From: an uncultured archaeon
GTDB taxonomy: Archaea; Asgardarchaeota; Thorarchaeia; Thorarchaeales; Thorarchaeaceae
Direction: 5' to 3'
Assembly (NCBI GenBank): GCA_964590575.1
Contig: CAZPWM010000003.1
Span: 4,587 to 68,586, forward strand
Length of the DNA: 64,000 nucleotides
Both the position numbers and the translations under genes were made by a program. Positions 1 to 8,388 of the stretch are shown here, in pieces (positions within the stretch are counted from its first letter, which is position 1; the number at the start of each line of letters is the position of its first letter). The notes below the pieces were generated by a model. That model searched no databases and was not told where the DNA came from. It saw only the letters and a list, made by a program, of their open reading frames with translations.

Positions 1-112
1 GTTCTGCGTATTCTGGAATAACAAATGCAAAGTCCGCAAAATCTCGAACTCTTCGTGATTGAAGAAGCAGTAGTAGAATGATCCTCGTACAATCATAATT
101 TTTCAAGTCCAT
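1..112 (-). CDS. possible 5' part of a gene running off the window start
   Basis: ATG at 112 (minus), preceded by AGGGGTCA. The frame MDLKNYDCTRIILLLLLQ is open to the window edge and is divergent from the HxlR-like gene. Too short to verify. Confidence 0.3.
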   Translation of the reverse strand, partial: MDLKNYDCTRIILLLLLQSRRVRDFADFAFVIPEYAE

Positions 113-214
113 CAATCAAATGACCCCTTATGGTATAGAAACCTACCAAAATGACAATGTAAAAGGATAAAACACATTTTTGCCTAGTTTTTGAGAAGTT
201 GGCGATTCCCAATT

Positions 215-595
215 ATGAATGTAAGTAAATCGAATGAATCAAACACAACCTCCCCACTAATTGAGATGTTCTCTCATCTGGGGCGTCCTTGTACAGTCCC
301 TCTTATTTTTGCTCTTGGTGACTACTCATACAATACCAATGTGCGTGAGCTGCGAAATAGTATTGACGTGCTTGGTGGTAAGAAGTTGAGTGAAGCTACA
401 ATCGCGAAGTGTCTTTCTGACCTCTCGCAGATTGGTCTTGTTGAAGGAACTGTTCATGCACACTCACCTCCGAAGGAAGAATTTAGTCTGACTCTGAAGG
501 GTCAACAGTTATACAAACATCTTCTCCAGATACGCTCACTGACAGAGCGGGTCTATTCGGAACAAGATTCCATTGATAGCATATCTGCCTGCTAA
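215..595 (+). CDS. HxlR/MarR-type winged-helix transcriptional regulator
   Basis: HxlR-like pattern: ELRNSI...LSEATIAKCLSDLSQIGLVE...PPKEEFSLTLKGQQL. ATG at 215 is preferred over TTG at 191. Confidence 0.75.
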   Translation: MNVSKSNESNTTSPLIEMFSHLGRPCTVPLIFALGDYSYNTNVRELRNSIDVLGGKKLSEATIAKCLSDLSQIGLVEGTVHAHSPPKEEFSLTLKGQQLYKHLLQIRSLTERVYSEQDSIDSISAC

Positions 596-618
596 AGCAT
601 GGACTTATGGGAATGAAT

Positions 619-638
619 CAGAGTCCTTACGGACTCTG
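619..638 (+). terminator. perfect 8-bp hairpin (terminator or operator)
   Basis: CAGAGTCC-TTAC-GGACTCTG downstream of the regulator, with a T-run about 10 nt later. Confidence 0.45.
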
Positions 639-722
639 TCCCCGTCCTTTTTCACCGATCAAACTGACACCCCCGTTATCTTGACTGAATAGTTTTAACG
701 AGGTTCTGTTCTACTCTGGCTG

Positions 723-1481
723 ATGAGTTACAAAAATCCGAATTTCAAAACGATTGATTATGATAAGGTTTCAAAAGTCTATGACAGTGTGCGTGTCGGA
801 GACCCTGAGATGGTCCACCAGATTCTGCAAGGAGTCAATCTTGACCAGGATGCATTGGTCCTAGATGTAGGGTGCGGCACAGGAAACAACACTCTACTTT
901 TTAGAGAAGCAACTCATGCAAAAGTGACTGGACTAGATCTATCCCATGGCATGCTTCAGAAAGCCTACGAGAAGAGTAAACAGGTTCCTCTTGTTCAAGC
1001 CCCCGCAGATACTATGCCCTTTGCTGGTGAAACTTTCCATTTTGTTTTCATGACCGAGGTCATCCATCACTTGCCTGATCCATACTCTTCGATAGAGGAT
1101 ATCTTCAGAGTCCTCAGGAACGGAGGGTCATTATGCATAGTGACCCAGTCTCACAAGCAGATAGATGGTCGGATGACGTCAAGATTCTTTCCAGCTTCCG
1201 CAGAGGTGGATAAGAAACGATACCCTGATACGGATGTGATTGAAGCTTACATGTTGAAAACTGGATTTGGCAGTACGACTCTGAAGGAATATCAGTACAA
1301 ACCAACACAACTCGGTGAGGAGTATCTAAACACTACAAGAAATCATGGTTATTCTATGCTTCACAAAATCAGTCAAGAGGACTATGAACAAGGCCTCCAA
1401 ACATTGGAAGATGCGTTTGCAAGTGGTGAAACGCTTACGTACTCCGCTGGTTACTCCTTCGTTTGGGCTATCAAAGAATAA
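723..1481 (+). CDS. class I SAM-dependent methyltransferase (UbiE-like)
   Basis: Motif I VLDVGCGTG, then GLDLSHGML, A..MPF and VLRNGG. Confidence 0.9.
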   Translation: MSYKNPNFKTIDYDKVSKVYDSVRVGDPEMVHQILQGVNLDQDALVLDVGCGTGNNTLLFREATHAKVTGLDLSHGMLQKAYEKSKQVPLVQAPADTMPFAGETFHFVFMTEVIHHLPDPYSSIEDIFRVLRNGGSLCIVTQSHKQIDGRMTSRFFPASAEVDKKRYPDTDVIEAYMLKTGFGSTTLKEYQYKPTQLGEEYLNTTRNHGYSMLHKISQEDYEQGLQTLEDAFASGETLTYSAGYSFVWAIKE

Positions 1482-1484
1482 CTT

Positions 1485-1829
1485 CTATTCCACAGCAATC
1501 TGTATCGTACACTTACTCTCCAGTGTTCCCCTGAATATTTTACTAACAGTCAGTGTTGTTGTTCCGATTCCAACTGTTTTAAAGAACCATGACCCCTTCT
1601 CTGCATCTCCACCTGTCCACCCAGGATATTTCATTTTCTCTGGATGTAAGTACTCCGTTTCGGTACGCAGATGTGCAAGAACAGATGTATCCCCGATTTC
1701 AAACTCAGCATCCTCTCCAACTGACCCATGTCTATGGAACTCGAAGAATATGGTTTCACCCACACTGAGGGTGACTACGTCGTCATCTTTTGGACATTCG
1801 ACCTTTTTAGCTTCTTTTCCCGGTTTCAT
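1485..1829 (-). CDS. small Ig-like protein, possibly chagasin/I42 protease-inhibitor-like
   Basis: VTLSVGETI...GGDAEKGSWFFKTVGIGTTTLT resembles the I42 strand pattern (GxGG..W.F.A...G...L). Confidence 0.5.
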   Translation of the reverse strand: MKPGKEAKKVECPKDDDVVTLSVGETIFFEFHRHGSVGEDAEFEIGDTSVLAHLRTETEYLHPEKMKYPGWTGGDAEKGSWFFKTVGIGTTTLTVSKIFRGTLESKCTIQIAVE

Positions 1830-1837
1830 GATATCAC

Positions 1838-2605
1838 CTACTCACCAAGCCGCTGTATTACTGACTTTTTGCGTTTAATCCCTCTGTATACAATGAAAGC
1901 AATAACCAATCCCATCCCTCCGCTCACTAAGATTATCAACAGAGTAGTAATCTGAATATCTCCCCCCACAATGGTTGGCATTCCTGGATACCAGTGTACG
2001 AATATGACATCGATGATATCGTTACCTAGTGTGGTGTATTTGTGCCTGAGATAGGTGAGAGTGCCATTCTCCTTCTCATACCGCATCTCCACACTGACTG
2101 TGATATCACTGCCTCCTGTTCCCTGAATAATGCCAACCCCAAAAGTTCCCCATTCATCATCAGTGTCAATTAATGTCAAGCCTGCAGTTCCTGTAATGTT
2201 CTCGATTTCATCGAGGAATGTCCAATCACCAATAGGAACAACAAAACCGGTCAGGTCTGACATTATAGCAACGGAATCATTGCTTCTCAATAGATTGCAA
2301 TATGAACGAGGAAGCTGGATTGACTCATTGATCAGGCTCTCAATAGCATCAAGGTGGTCTACTTCCAAGACTACTGTTTGACCAGGTTGAATTTCCGCAA
2401 GGAATGGAATCTGAGCTTCTATGAAGGCTTTATTATAACTGTCCGAATAATAGGCTCTCTGGAGAACATAGGTGAACTCCTCATTTGGGTTCACTCCCCA
2501 CTCAAGTGTATGATTTGACTGTGCGAAGACAGGAGTGAACAGGGGTATTATCAAAATCGCCACGAGTAGAATTTGAGCGAGGCGTCTAGATTTCATTTCA
2601 TTCAC
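1838..2605 (-). CDS. signal-peptide, C-terminally membrane-anchored hypothetical protein
   Basis: Hydrophobic N-terminal signal ending PVFA, C-terminal TM helix and basic tail. GTG at 2605 or ATG at 2596. Confidence 0.8.
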   Translation of the reverse strand: MNEMKSRRLAQILLVAILIIPLFTPVFAQSNHTLEWGVNPNEEFTYVLQRAYYSDSYNKAFIEAQIPFLAEIQPGQTVVLEVDHLDAIESLINESIQLPRSYCNLLRSNDSVAIMSDLTGFVVPIGDWTFLDEIENITGTAGLTLIDTDDEWGTFGVGIIQGTGGSDITVSVEMRYEKENGTLTYLRHKYTTLGNDIIDVIFVHWYPGMPTIVGGDIQITTLLIILVSGGMGLVIAFIVYRGIKRKKSVIQRLGE

Positions 2606-2684
2606 TAAACCTATTCAACGTTGTAATGAAGGTTGTGAATAGCTGCTCAAAAGTTGGACGTTCTTGAACATTTATTCATCGGTG

Positions 2685-2693
2685 TTTATATAA
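2685..2693. promoter_or_regulatory. TATA box (TTTATATAA), possibly bidirectional
   Basis: Near-palindromic AT box. It is positioned to drive the minus-strand gene at 2605 and a plus-strand transcript starting near 2715. Confidence 0.55.
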
Positions 2694-2712
2694 TCCGGAT
2701 AGAACTGTAAGG

Positions 2713-2922
2713 TGTGGAGTTAATCTAGGACAAAAACCAAGTCCATGAACTATCTCTGCTGTCGCCGCGAGTTGCACGGAGACTGAAAACGCCTGTTGGA
2801 GAGGCCGTTAGACATCAAAGACCGTGGGCCTGAGATGCAGCTTCGATGAAGCAGGAACCGAACATCAATCATGGAGTGTGATTTCCGAGTTTGAATAAGT
2901 TTCGGACAACGGTATTCATCCA
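2713..2922 (+). ncRNA. candidate structured ncRNA, short member of an unknown family (RNA-2)
   Basis: No credible ORF, TATA box upstream, terminal GTGGA/TCCAC pairing, several hairpins with G-U pairs on +, and 5-6 blocks shared colinearly with 7680-8170(-). Confidence 0.55.
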
Positions 2923-2931
2923 CGAAGGAAT

Positions 2932-3663
2932 TCAGAGTATCTCCAAAAGGTCTTTGATGTGCCCAATCACAACAGTGTCTGATGATATTTTCTCCTCCTC
3001 CTGAGGGTCGCACCATGTCAAGAGGATTGGGATCATTCCTGCACGTGTTGCAGCTACAACATCGTACTCCACGATGTTTCCAACATACGCACATCTGTGT
3101 GGATTTGTACCAAAGGCTGCAGCAACCTTCACAAGCATGTAAGGCGACGGTTTTCGATATCCTGGGACATTAGTATACTCTACAACATCAAAAAAGTGGT
3201 GAATTCCAGCGGTCTCAAGATGTTGAGTTGGGTCAGTGAACCTGTTTGACGCGATTCCAAGTTTGAATCCACGCCGCTTCAACTCTTCAAGACCCTCTGT
3301 GCAGCCCTTCATAAGTTCATGACTAGCTATCTCATGAAAGCTGTTCCATTCTTTTTGATAGTCCAGCACGACATCTTCGCGGTCTTTCACTCCCAAGGCT
3401 GCCAAGAGTCTTCTATCATACTCGATCCAGTGCTCAAGCTCTGGTTTCCAATGACTACCAACATCATTCTCCATCATGTAGCTATTCAACCACGCATCGG
3501 GTTCTTTGGTGGCAGCTAGAATGTCTGCATCTGAAAAATCACCACTCTCCCCTAGTTGTACATTATTCAGAAAGTTTCGAGTGAGACCGCACATGTCTGA
3601 AACTGTTCTAAAGAGAGTCCCTCCCAGATCGAAGATTATTCCAGTTATACCTTCCAACTTCAT
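2932..3663 (-). CDS. HAD-superfamily hydrolase
   Basis: FDLGGTL (motif I variant), IASN, RKPSP, YVGN...D..AA..AGM. Confidence 0.88.
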   Translation of the reverse strand: MKLEGITGIIFDLGGTLFRTVSDMCGLTRNFLNNVQLGESGDFSDADILAATKEPDAWLNSYMMENDVGSHWKPELEHWIEYDRRLLAALGVKDREDVVLDYQKEWNSFHEIASHELMKGCTEGLEELKRRGFKLGIASNRFTDPTQHLETAGIHHFFDVVEYTNVPGYRKPSPYMLVKVAAAFGTNPHRCAYVGNIVEYDVVAATRAGMIPILLTWCDPQEEEKISSDTVVIGHIKDLLEIL

Positions 3664-3767
3664 GACCTCAAAACATCAGACATACACACACAAGTATTAA
3701 TCGCAATGTGCTTTGTCAGGCATCTCAAATCTTTTCAATGATAAATTATCTCAATGAGTGACGAATT

Positions 3768-4922
3768 ATGGATTCTGTTGACGCCTCCTTGAGAGCAGTG
3801 GGTAAGCATCTTGAGGCTAACCCAGATGATGCCTCTGCCTGGAATGCAAAGGGAGTCTTCCATGCTCAGAAGAGAGAGTTTGGAGAAGCTCTCCGGAGTC
3901 TTGACCGGGCATTGCAATTGGATTCTAATCTTGCATCAGCTCATACCAACCGTGGCCGCGTTTTGCTAGCACTAGGACCAGAAAAAGCAAATGATGCACT
4001 CAAATCGTTTGACACTGCATTGAAACTAATGCCAGACGATGTTCAGATTTTACATGATAAAGCCTCGGCTCTTCATGCCCTAGGGCGTACTGAAGAAGAA
4101 CTTGCCAGTGTCAGAAGAATCAGTGAGCTAGCTCAGAATGAGTGGGGTGTTTTGGTTCGTATTGGGGACATCGAACTAGAACTTGGTCACTTTGAATCCG
4201 CAATAAAGAATTATGACACAGCTCTTGGATTGAAGGATGATTTGGTTCCAGCATATATTCGCAGAGCAATCGCCTTCGGTATGTTAGAGCAGTGGAAGGA
4301 TGCAATAAAGTCTGCAGAGACCGCTACTAATCTAGAGCCAGAGAATTCAGAGGCTTGGCTCATCCGTGGTGATGTAAACCTTAGAGCTGGAAAGCACAAT
4401 TCTGCCATGAAGGCTCTAAAGAAAGCCTCAGAATTGGATCCAGAAGATGCCTCTGTAGAGAATACGATGGGCATGGTAGCATACAAAGATGGCAAGCTTC
4501 AGGATGCAGTTAAACACCTTCGAAGAGCTGTCCTCCGAAAGAAAGAGTATCCTGCTGCATTGCGAAACCTCGGACTTATCCTCATGGAGCTAGAGGAGTG
4601 GGCAGAAGCAGTGAAGGCTTTTGAAAGTTATACATCCTATGTGAAGGACGACCCCGACATGTATGATGCGAAATCCACGGCATATGCACGCATAGATGAT
4701 TTCTGTTCTGCTGTTGACGGATGGGAGCGAGCACGTAAGTTGTATAAGAAAGCTGGTGATGATGCTGAAGCAGACAGGGTTTCTGCACTTGGCCGTGCAG
4801 CGCGTATAAACTGTAATCGCTTGAAGAAAGCAGAAAAAGAACAACGCGAGCATGAAAAAACACAGAGACGATTTGCAGATCGTTATAACCTGAGACGGAA
4901 GAAAGACAAACGTAAGCGATAA
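3768..4922 (+). CDS. tetratricopeptide-repeat protein
   Basis: Multiple 34-aa TPR units (AWNAKG...A...D.AL.L, AHTNRG, AWLIRG, ALRNLG) and a basic C-terminal tail. Confidence 0.92.
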   Translation: MDSVDASLRAVGKHLEANPDDASAWNAKGVFHAQKREFGEALRSLDRALQLDSNLASAHTNRGRVLLALGPEKANDALKSFDTALKLMPDDVQILHDKASALHALGRTEEELASVRRISELAQNEWGVLVRIGDIELELGHFESAIKNYDTALGLKDDLVPAYIRRAIAFGMLEQWKDAIKSAETATNLEPENSEAWLIRGDVNLRAGKHNSAMKALKKASELDPEDASVENTMGMVAYKDGKLQDAVKHLRRAVLRKKEYPAALRNLGLILMELEEWAEAVKAFESYTSYVKDDPDMYDAKSTAYARIDDFCSAVDGWERARKLYKKAGDDAEADRVSALGRAARINCNRLKKAEKEQREHEKTQRRFADRYNLRRKKDKRKR

Positions 4923-4923
4923 G

Positions 4924-5229
4924 CTAGCTTGAGAACCTGTAGGCCTCATCAGCCCCCTCAAAATCGCCCAGCTTTGTGAGTATGTTTCCGATTCTCTTCC
5001 AAGCTTCCTTATGGAATGGATTAAGCTTGACTGTTGAACGATATGCTGCAGCTGCTGCAACATTGTGTCCCTTCCACTCCAATAATTTTCCATAGGAGAA
5101 CCATCCCTCTACATCATCGGGTCTTTCTAATAGTAACATACCCATCATGTCCATTGCAAGTGTTGGGATGAACGGGACTGTAAGTGCCAAGAATATGCTG
5201 ACAGCAATTATTGTGAGTAGAGGAAGCAT
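4924..5229 (-). CDS. small membrane-anchored TPR protein
   Basis: N-terminal hydrophobic helix followed by two TPR-like units (GWFSYGKLL, AWKRIGNIL). Confidence 0.7.
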   Translation of the reverse strand: MLPLLTIIAVSIFLALTVPFIPTLAMDMMGMLLLERPDDVEGWFSYGKLLEWKGHNVAAAAAYRSTVKLNPFHKEAWKRIGNILTKLGDFEGADEAYRFSS

Positions 5230-5250
5230 AACAAACTATATTCTATTCAA

Positions 5251-6063
5251 TCACTTTTCTACTTTGTCAAATACTAGTGATTTAAGAAAAATGTCAATTC
5301 CAAATCGCCCTTTTGTCATCTCAAGGTACCATGGACCAGTCAGTTCGAGTGTCTCTTGTATTTCTGATATTGTCTTGCCCTCCTTGTGCAATTTCTGCAC
5401 TTGTGTCCGAATGTCTTTGAGAAAATTAATTCTGACTTGGACGTGCTCCTTTGGTGATGTGACTGGTCCTCTATGAGAGTCGAAGAGAATTTCAATTTCC
5501 ATCTCTGCAATCTTCTCAAGTGTTTCGATCATGAGATGAATATTCTCATCTGGCATACCAATTACCTTTCGAGATGGTACTGGAACAGCATCAGCAGAGA
5601 ACAGCCATTTGCGATTTGGCTCATAGAATCCAACCATTTGATGCCCATGACCTGGGAGTGAAACAACCTCAAATTCGAGGTCTCCAATGTTGAACTGTAG
5701 GGGCATCTTTTCGACTTCTGCTACAGGTTTTGGCTGTCCCCAAACAAAATCAAAGAATTCCGGAATGGTTGGCGGGTTCTTGATGATCTCAATGTCTTCT
5801 TCCATAGCATATATTGTTGAGTGGGGTGTGAAGGCGGAACATCCTCCATAATGGTCTTCATGTGCATGACTGATATAGATCTTATTGACCTCGGTCTTAG
5901 CTGCAAACTTCTCTGTGTCTTCAAGAGCATTTGCACACCCTGCATCAAAGAGTGTGTCTTTGATGAGGTACGCAATAGCCCACATGATAGGTTCTCCATC
6001 CTCCATTGCTGTTGCGGTCTTGACAAGGGTCACGTCATCGTTGTAGCGTTCCACTTCAAACAT
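5251..6063 (-). CDS. metallo-beta-lactamase-fold hydrolase
   Basis: SHAHEDH, PGH, FSAD, DSH metal-binding motifs. Start reassigned to ATG 6063 (MFEVER). Confidence 0.88.
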   Translation of the reverse strand: MFEVERYNDDVTLVKTATAMEDGEPIMWAIAYLIKDTLFDAGCANALEDTEKFAAKTEVNKIYISHAHEDHYGGCSAFTPHSTIYAMEEDIEIIKNPPTIPEFFDFVWGQPKPVAEVEKMPLQFNIGDLEFEVVSLPGHGHQMVGFYEPNRKWLFSADAVPVPSRKVIGMPDENIHLMIETLEKIAEMEIEILFDSHRGPVTSPKEHVQVRINFLKDIRTQVQKLHKEGKTISEIQETLELTGPWYLEMTKGRFGIDIFLKSLVFDKVEK

Positions 6064-6106
6064 AAGACATGCGCATGCAATGCATAACTTGATTCCTTCG
6101 GTATAG

Positions 6107-7237
6107 CTATACCATGACCTTTCTCTCAACAAGTATTGGTGGTGCAAAATTACGGAGTCGTTTCAAGCCCAGGAACTTGTCCTGTCTTCCCACTTTGGAG
6201 TCCATCAGGGCTTGCTCCATGTAGTCGATTGCTTTGTCATAGTCCTTTCGTGGGACTGGAAATGGTACTCCATCTTTCCCCCCAAATGCAAAACACATTC
6301 TCACAGGGTCCGCCCAGGATGCAGGTGATCCAAATATCATCTCTGAGATGAGCGACAGACCTCTTACGGTAGCAGGACCTACTCCTTTCATGAACAGAAG
6401 ACTCTCGTAATCAGATGGTTGGGTTTCATAGGCGCGTCGAACTGCATCCCAGTCCATTCTTGTGGGCAAAACCTTGTAGGCTGGCAAATCTTGAGCAGTA
6501 CCATCACCTTCTATCCAAGGGATGAGCGTGGATTGGCCATACGACTTGATATCCTCAAAGTACCTTCTAACCCGGGCTGGGTCCTCCTTGATAATATCTA
6601 AACTGACCTCTCTACAAGCCTCAGATTTTCTAGAGGTCATATCCAAGGCTCCATCCTTAACCTCCCCTGAGATGAGTCCTGAGTGTGGTTCATCGATGAA
6701 ACTATCTGTGATAAAAGAGGACCAGTGATAGCGTCTTGCATCATTACTGTCACTGTCCATTCCCTGTTGAACCACTGTCCAGTTCTCTTCCGAATCTACA
6801 AAGAACATATGTTGGTAGAGATTGTATCCATCCTGAATACCTGCATTATCAACTTTGGCAACTAATCTACTGATGTCTACTAAGCCTGCACCATCAAGAC
6901 CATAGTCTTCGAGAGCTCGAAGCTCTGCTGGAACCTTCCTAGAGGCCATCCCCTTCCCTCCGATTCCAATCATTCCATGACTCTCGAAGTCTAGAGCAGT
7001 CTTCAGGACTCCACAGGTGACAGTCGTAGATCCTGAACTGTCCCAATCATAACCAAGAACGTTGGATAGTGCTTGGAACCAAACAGGATCTGCTAGTCGT
7101 TGCAAAAGTTCAAATGTGCCAAACTCATCCACTATGAATTCGCAAAGTGAACGGGCCATAGGAATCATCCGTTTCACTAACCAGTGAGGTGCCTTCCCAG
7201 GATGCAGTTTGAGGTCTGCCACGCCGCCTCTTTTCAA
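6107..7237 (-). CDS. DUF763 family protein
   Basis: ADLKLHPGKAPHWL, DWDSSGSTT, AKVDN..QDGY.LY, GVGPATVRGL, FAFGGKDGVPFPV. TTG start at 7237 follows GGAGATG. Confidence 0.9.
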   Translation of the reverse strand: MKRGGVADLKLHPGKAPHWLVKRMIPMARSLCEFIVDEFGTFELLQRLADPVWFQALSNVLGYDWDSSGSTTVTCGVLKTALDFESHGMIGIGGKGMASRKVPAELRALEDYGLDGAGLVDISRLVAKVDNAGIQDGYNLYQHMFFVDSEENWTVVQQGMDSDSNDARRYHWSSFITDSFIDEPHSGLISGEVKDGALDMTSRKSEACREVSLDIIKEDPARVRRYFEDIKSYGQSTLIPWIEGDGTAQDLPAYKVLPTRMDWDAVRRAYETQPSDYESLLFMKGVGPATVRGLSLISEMIFGSPASWADPVRMCFAFGGKDGVPFPVPRKDYDKAIDYMEQALMDSKVGRQDKFLGLKRLRNFAPPILVERKVMV

Positions 7238-7293
7238 AACGACATCTCCAATGCAATGTACCGGATTAACATAGATAAGGACCACAGATACTC

Positions 7294-7641
7294 CTAGAGT
7301 GCAGCGCGAATCTTCTCTAGTTCTTGTTTCAATTCATCCCCAACATGCGAAAGCCACCTTTCTAGAGTGTCACATCCATAATCATCACAGTGAGCACAGG
7401 TTTCTACACCCCGTGCACTTGCGCAAGATTTGACACTACACTCACTACAGAACTTAAATTTGGGTTCAGCATCAACCTTACATCCCACACAGTTGATTTC
7501 CTCTTCTGAAATTGGATAATCAGGACTTCCCCATTCGGCAGCCTGTTTCTTACGTAATTCATCATCATCGGTTTTCCAAGCGACATGAGCTGGACACACT
7601 GCACAGTCAAGTCCACAATACGCACGCATGCTCTCGGTCAT
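7294..7641 (-). CDS. DUF3795 family Cys-rich protein
   Basis: YCGLDCAVCP, CVGC, CSECSVKSC, CAHCDDYGC. ATG at 7641. Confidence 0.88.
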   Translation of the reverse strand: MTESMRAYCGLDCAVCPAHVAWKTDDDELRKKQAAEWGSPDYPISEEEINCVGCKVDAEPKFKFCSECSVKSCASARGVETCAHCDDYGCDTLERWLSHVGDELKQELEKIRAAL

Positions 7642-7679
7642 GTTTAGCCACAGTGTCCAAGTGGAATATAAGCACAACA

Positions 7680-8170
7680 GATACCCGAAACTACTTCTAA
7701 GGCAACGTTTGGAAAAACTGCAGTTCAAGCAATCCTTTTCTGACCTGAATCTCAATGTGAGTGAATCACAACTTCACGAAACTTCTGTGTTCCACCCCTC
7801 TCTTGCCAGTGTCACCACCTTTCGAAACCCAGGGGATTTCAAGATTAGCAAGAGCATTGTCAACGTTCATCGGGATGGGATCCCTCCTGCAGACCTGGCT
7901 TCCTTCTCCTGTATTGATGTTGGTTCATCACTTCCAACTGCAGTGAGCTTTTCCACAGTTCTTACCACGGCGAGGTCATTATCACTCATCTTGGAGTCGT
8001 CACCGAAACCAAGAAGGTTCCCTTGAACAGAGTGAACAGCCGCGGACTCTCTGGAACTTGATGTCGGTTCCTTTTTTGAGAGTAGGAACTTCCCTCTGAA
8101 AGTGCTCCATCGGGCTTTCAGTCGCTGACTTCGGGTCTTCTCTAAGACATTTGTCAGCATACTTAGTTCC
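7680..8170 (-). ncRNA. candidate large structured ncRNA, long member of an unknown family (RNA-1); 5' end may extend to about 8300
   Basis: At least eight hairpins or junctions, two GUGA (GNRA) tetraloops, G-U wobbles mostly on the minus strand, and colinear blocks shared with 2713-2922. The overlapping ORF has no recognisable protein features. Confidence 0.6.
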
Positions 8171-8388
8171 TTCATAGTATTCTTTGTTGCTGGATGCATA
8201 TTAGCCCATACTTTTTTCTCCTCCCCGTCTTACTATTCCCCCACTATCGTCACCAGTATTAGCATTCAATGACTTAGTCACGAATCTTGATAACTCTCGT
8301 GAATCCTCAATCCTTTTATTCTTAATTCACTAGACTCACCTGTTGGTGAATTCCAACAGAATTCTTTCGTATCTATGAGATGGTACAT

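Noticed and set aside
2745-2790. Box C/D sRNA or small ORF (MNYLCCRRELHGD) in the short RNA
   Set aside because: ATGAACT is a poor box C, and the peptide is 13 aa with no support.
7885-8030. Cobalamin riboswitch-like motif order (AGGGAA, GGUG..ACUCC, CGCCGUGGUAA, CACUG, UGGAAG, AAGCCAG)
   Set aside because: Spacings are too long, P6 cannot pair, and the B12-box GAGACC is missing.
8037-8070. Group II intron domain V-like AGCCG...CGGTTC on the + strand
   Set aside because: The upper stem does not pair, and there is no GUGCG 5' end or DVI. The strand also disagrees with the wobble evidence.
7760-8130. RNase P RNA identity for the long ncRNA (hairpin followed by GAGGGAAGUUCC, and a later ACAGAAG)
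   Set aside because: No P4 3' strand (GUAGG(G/A)CU) follows ACAGAAG, and there is no CR-IV or P2 partner. A P4-like GUAUGGGCU lies upstream rather than downstream. A permuted arrangement could not be supported by eye.
8040-8130. Group I intron P7-like (GCGACU/AGUCC) or twister-like (AAGCCCG..UGGAG) elements
   Set aside because: There is no room for P4-P6 or P8, the short paralog breaks the P7 pairing, and the twister cleavage-site motif is absent.
7867-8199. 110-aa minus-strand ORF from the track
   Set aside because: No recognisable protein features. Its nucleotide homology to 2747-2876 is broken by frameshifting indels, so it is better explained as ncRNA.
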